DNA from: Hypanus sabinus
Taxonomy: Eukaryota
Reading direction: 5' to 3'
Length of the DNA stretch: 64,000 nt
Assembly: GCF_030144855.1 (NCBI RefSeq)
Contig: NC_082736.1
Location: 6,014,001-6,078,000, forward strand
Shown here in pieces: positions 63,821 to 64,000 of this stretch. Below the pieces are notes generated by a model. The model saw only the letters and a program-made list of their open reading frames with translations, made no database searches and was not told the DNA's origin. Position 1 is the first letter of the stretch. Every line of letters starts with the position of its first letter. Position numbers and translations under genes: made by a program.

Positions 63821-64000
63821 CAAAATTTACAAAGTAGGTTTTAGTGTTTATAGGAATATTTTATTTAGAGATAAAGCATGGAACAGGCCTTCGAGCACCA
63901 CCACTTAGCAGCCTCCAATTTAACCCTAGTCTATTCGTGTGACAATTTGCAACAACCAATTAACCAACTAACCGATTTGTCTTTGGACAGTGGGAGGAAA

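Overview
Vertebrate genomic DNA. The repeat complement (CR1 LINEs with CTATG-type tails, Rex1-like LINEs, Penelope-like elements) suggests a cartilaginous fish, probably a ray; this is inference. The window holds a replication-dependent histone locus with seven intronless, stem-loop-terminated genes: H4(+) 23492, H2B(+) 29616, H2B(+) 41727, H2A(+) 43120, H1(+) 50540, H3(-) 52638 and H4(-) 53641. It also has two tRNA genes (Gly-TCC, Asn-GTT), a decayed C2H2 zinc-finger exon and an orphan CpG-rich promoter. The right half carries one of each histone type. The left half is a decayed paralogous set: H4 and H2B survive, but H3 and H2A are reduced to promoter remnants, and there is a third, CDS-less H4 promoter. 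Multi-kb inverted segmental duplications link the halves (11.1-12.6 kb with 45.9-47.5 kb; 12.4-15.4 kb with 60.1-62.8 kb; 21.8-24.3 kb with 52.9-55.8 kb), and the two H4 genes share a sharply bounded near-identical tract. A 3.3-kb internally deleted class I endogenous retrovirus (TA...CA LTRs, 4-bp TSD, tRNA-Arg-like PBS, in-frame integrase/Env-TM junction) sits inside a 46-bp minisatellite. The rest is nested TE debris: CR1, Rex1-like, L1, Tx1-like, I/Nimb-like, Tc1, hAT-Charlie, and Penelope-like elements with hammerhead-ribozyme relics. I see no intact novel protein-coding system. The best leads are the histone birth/death/conversion architecture, the divergent histone copies, the ERV and the ribozyme-bearing hairpin repeats. 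TE boundaries are approximate and identities were judged by eye.
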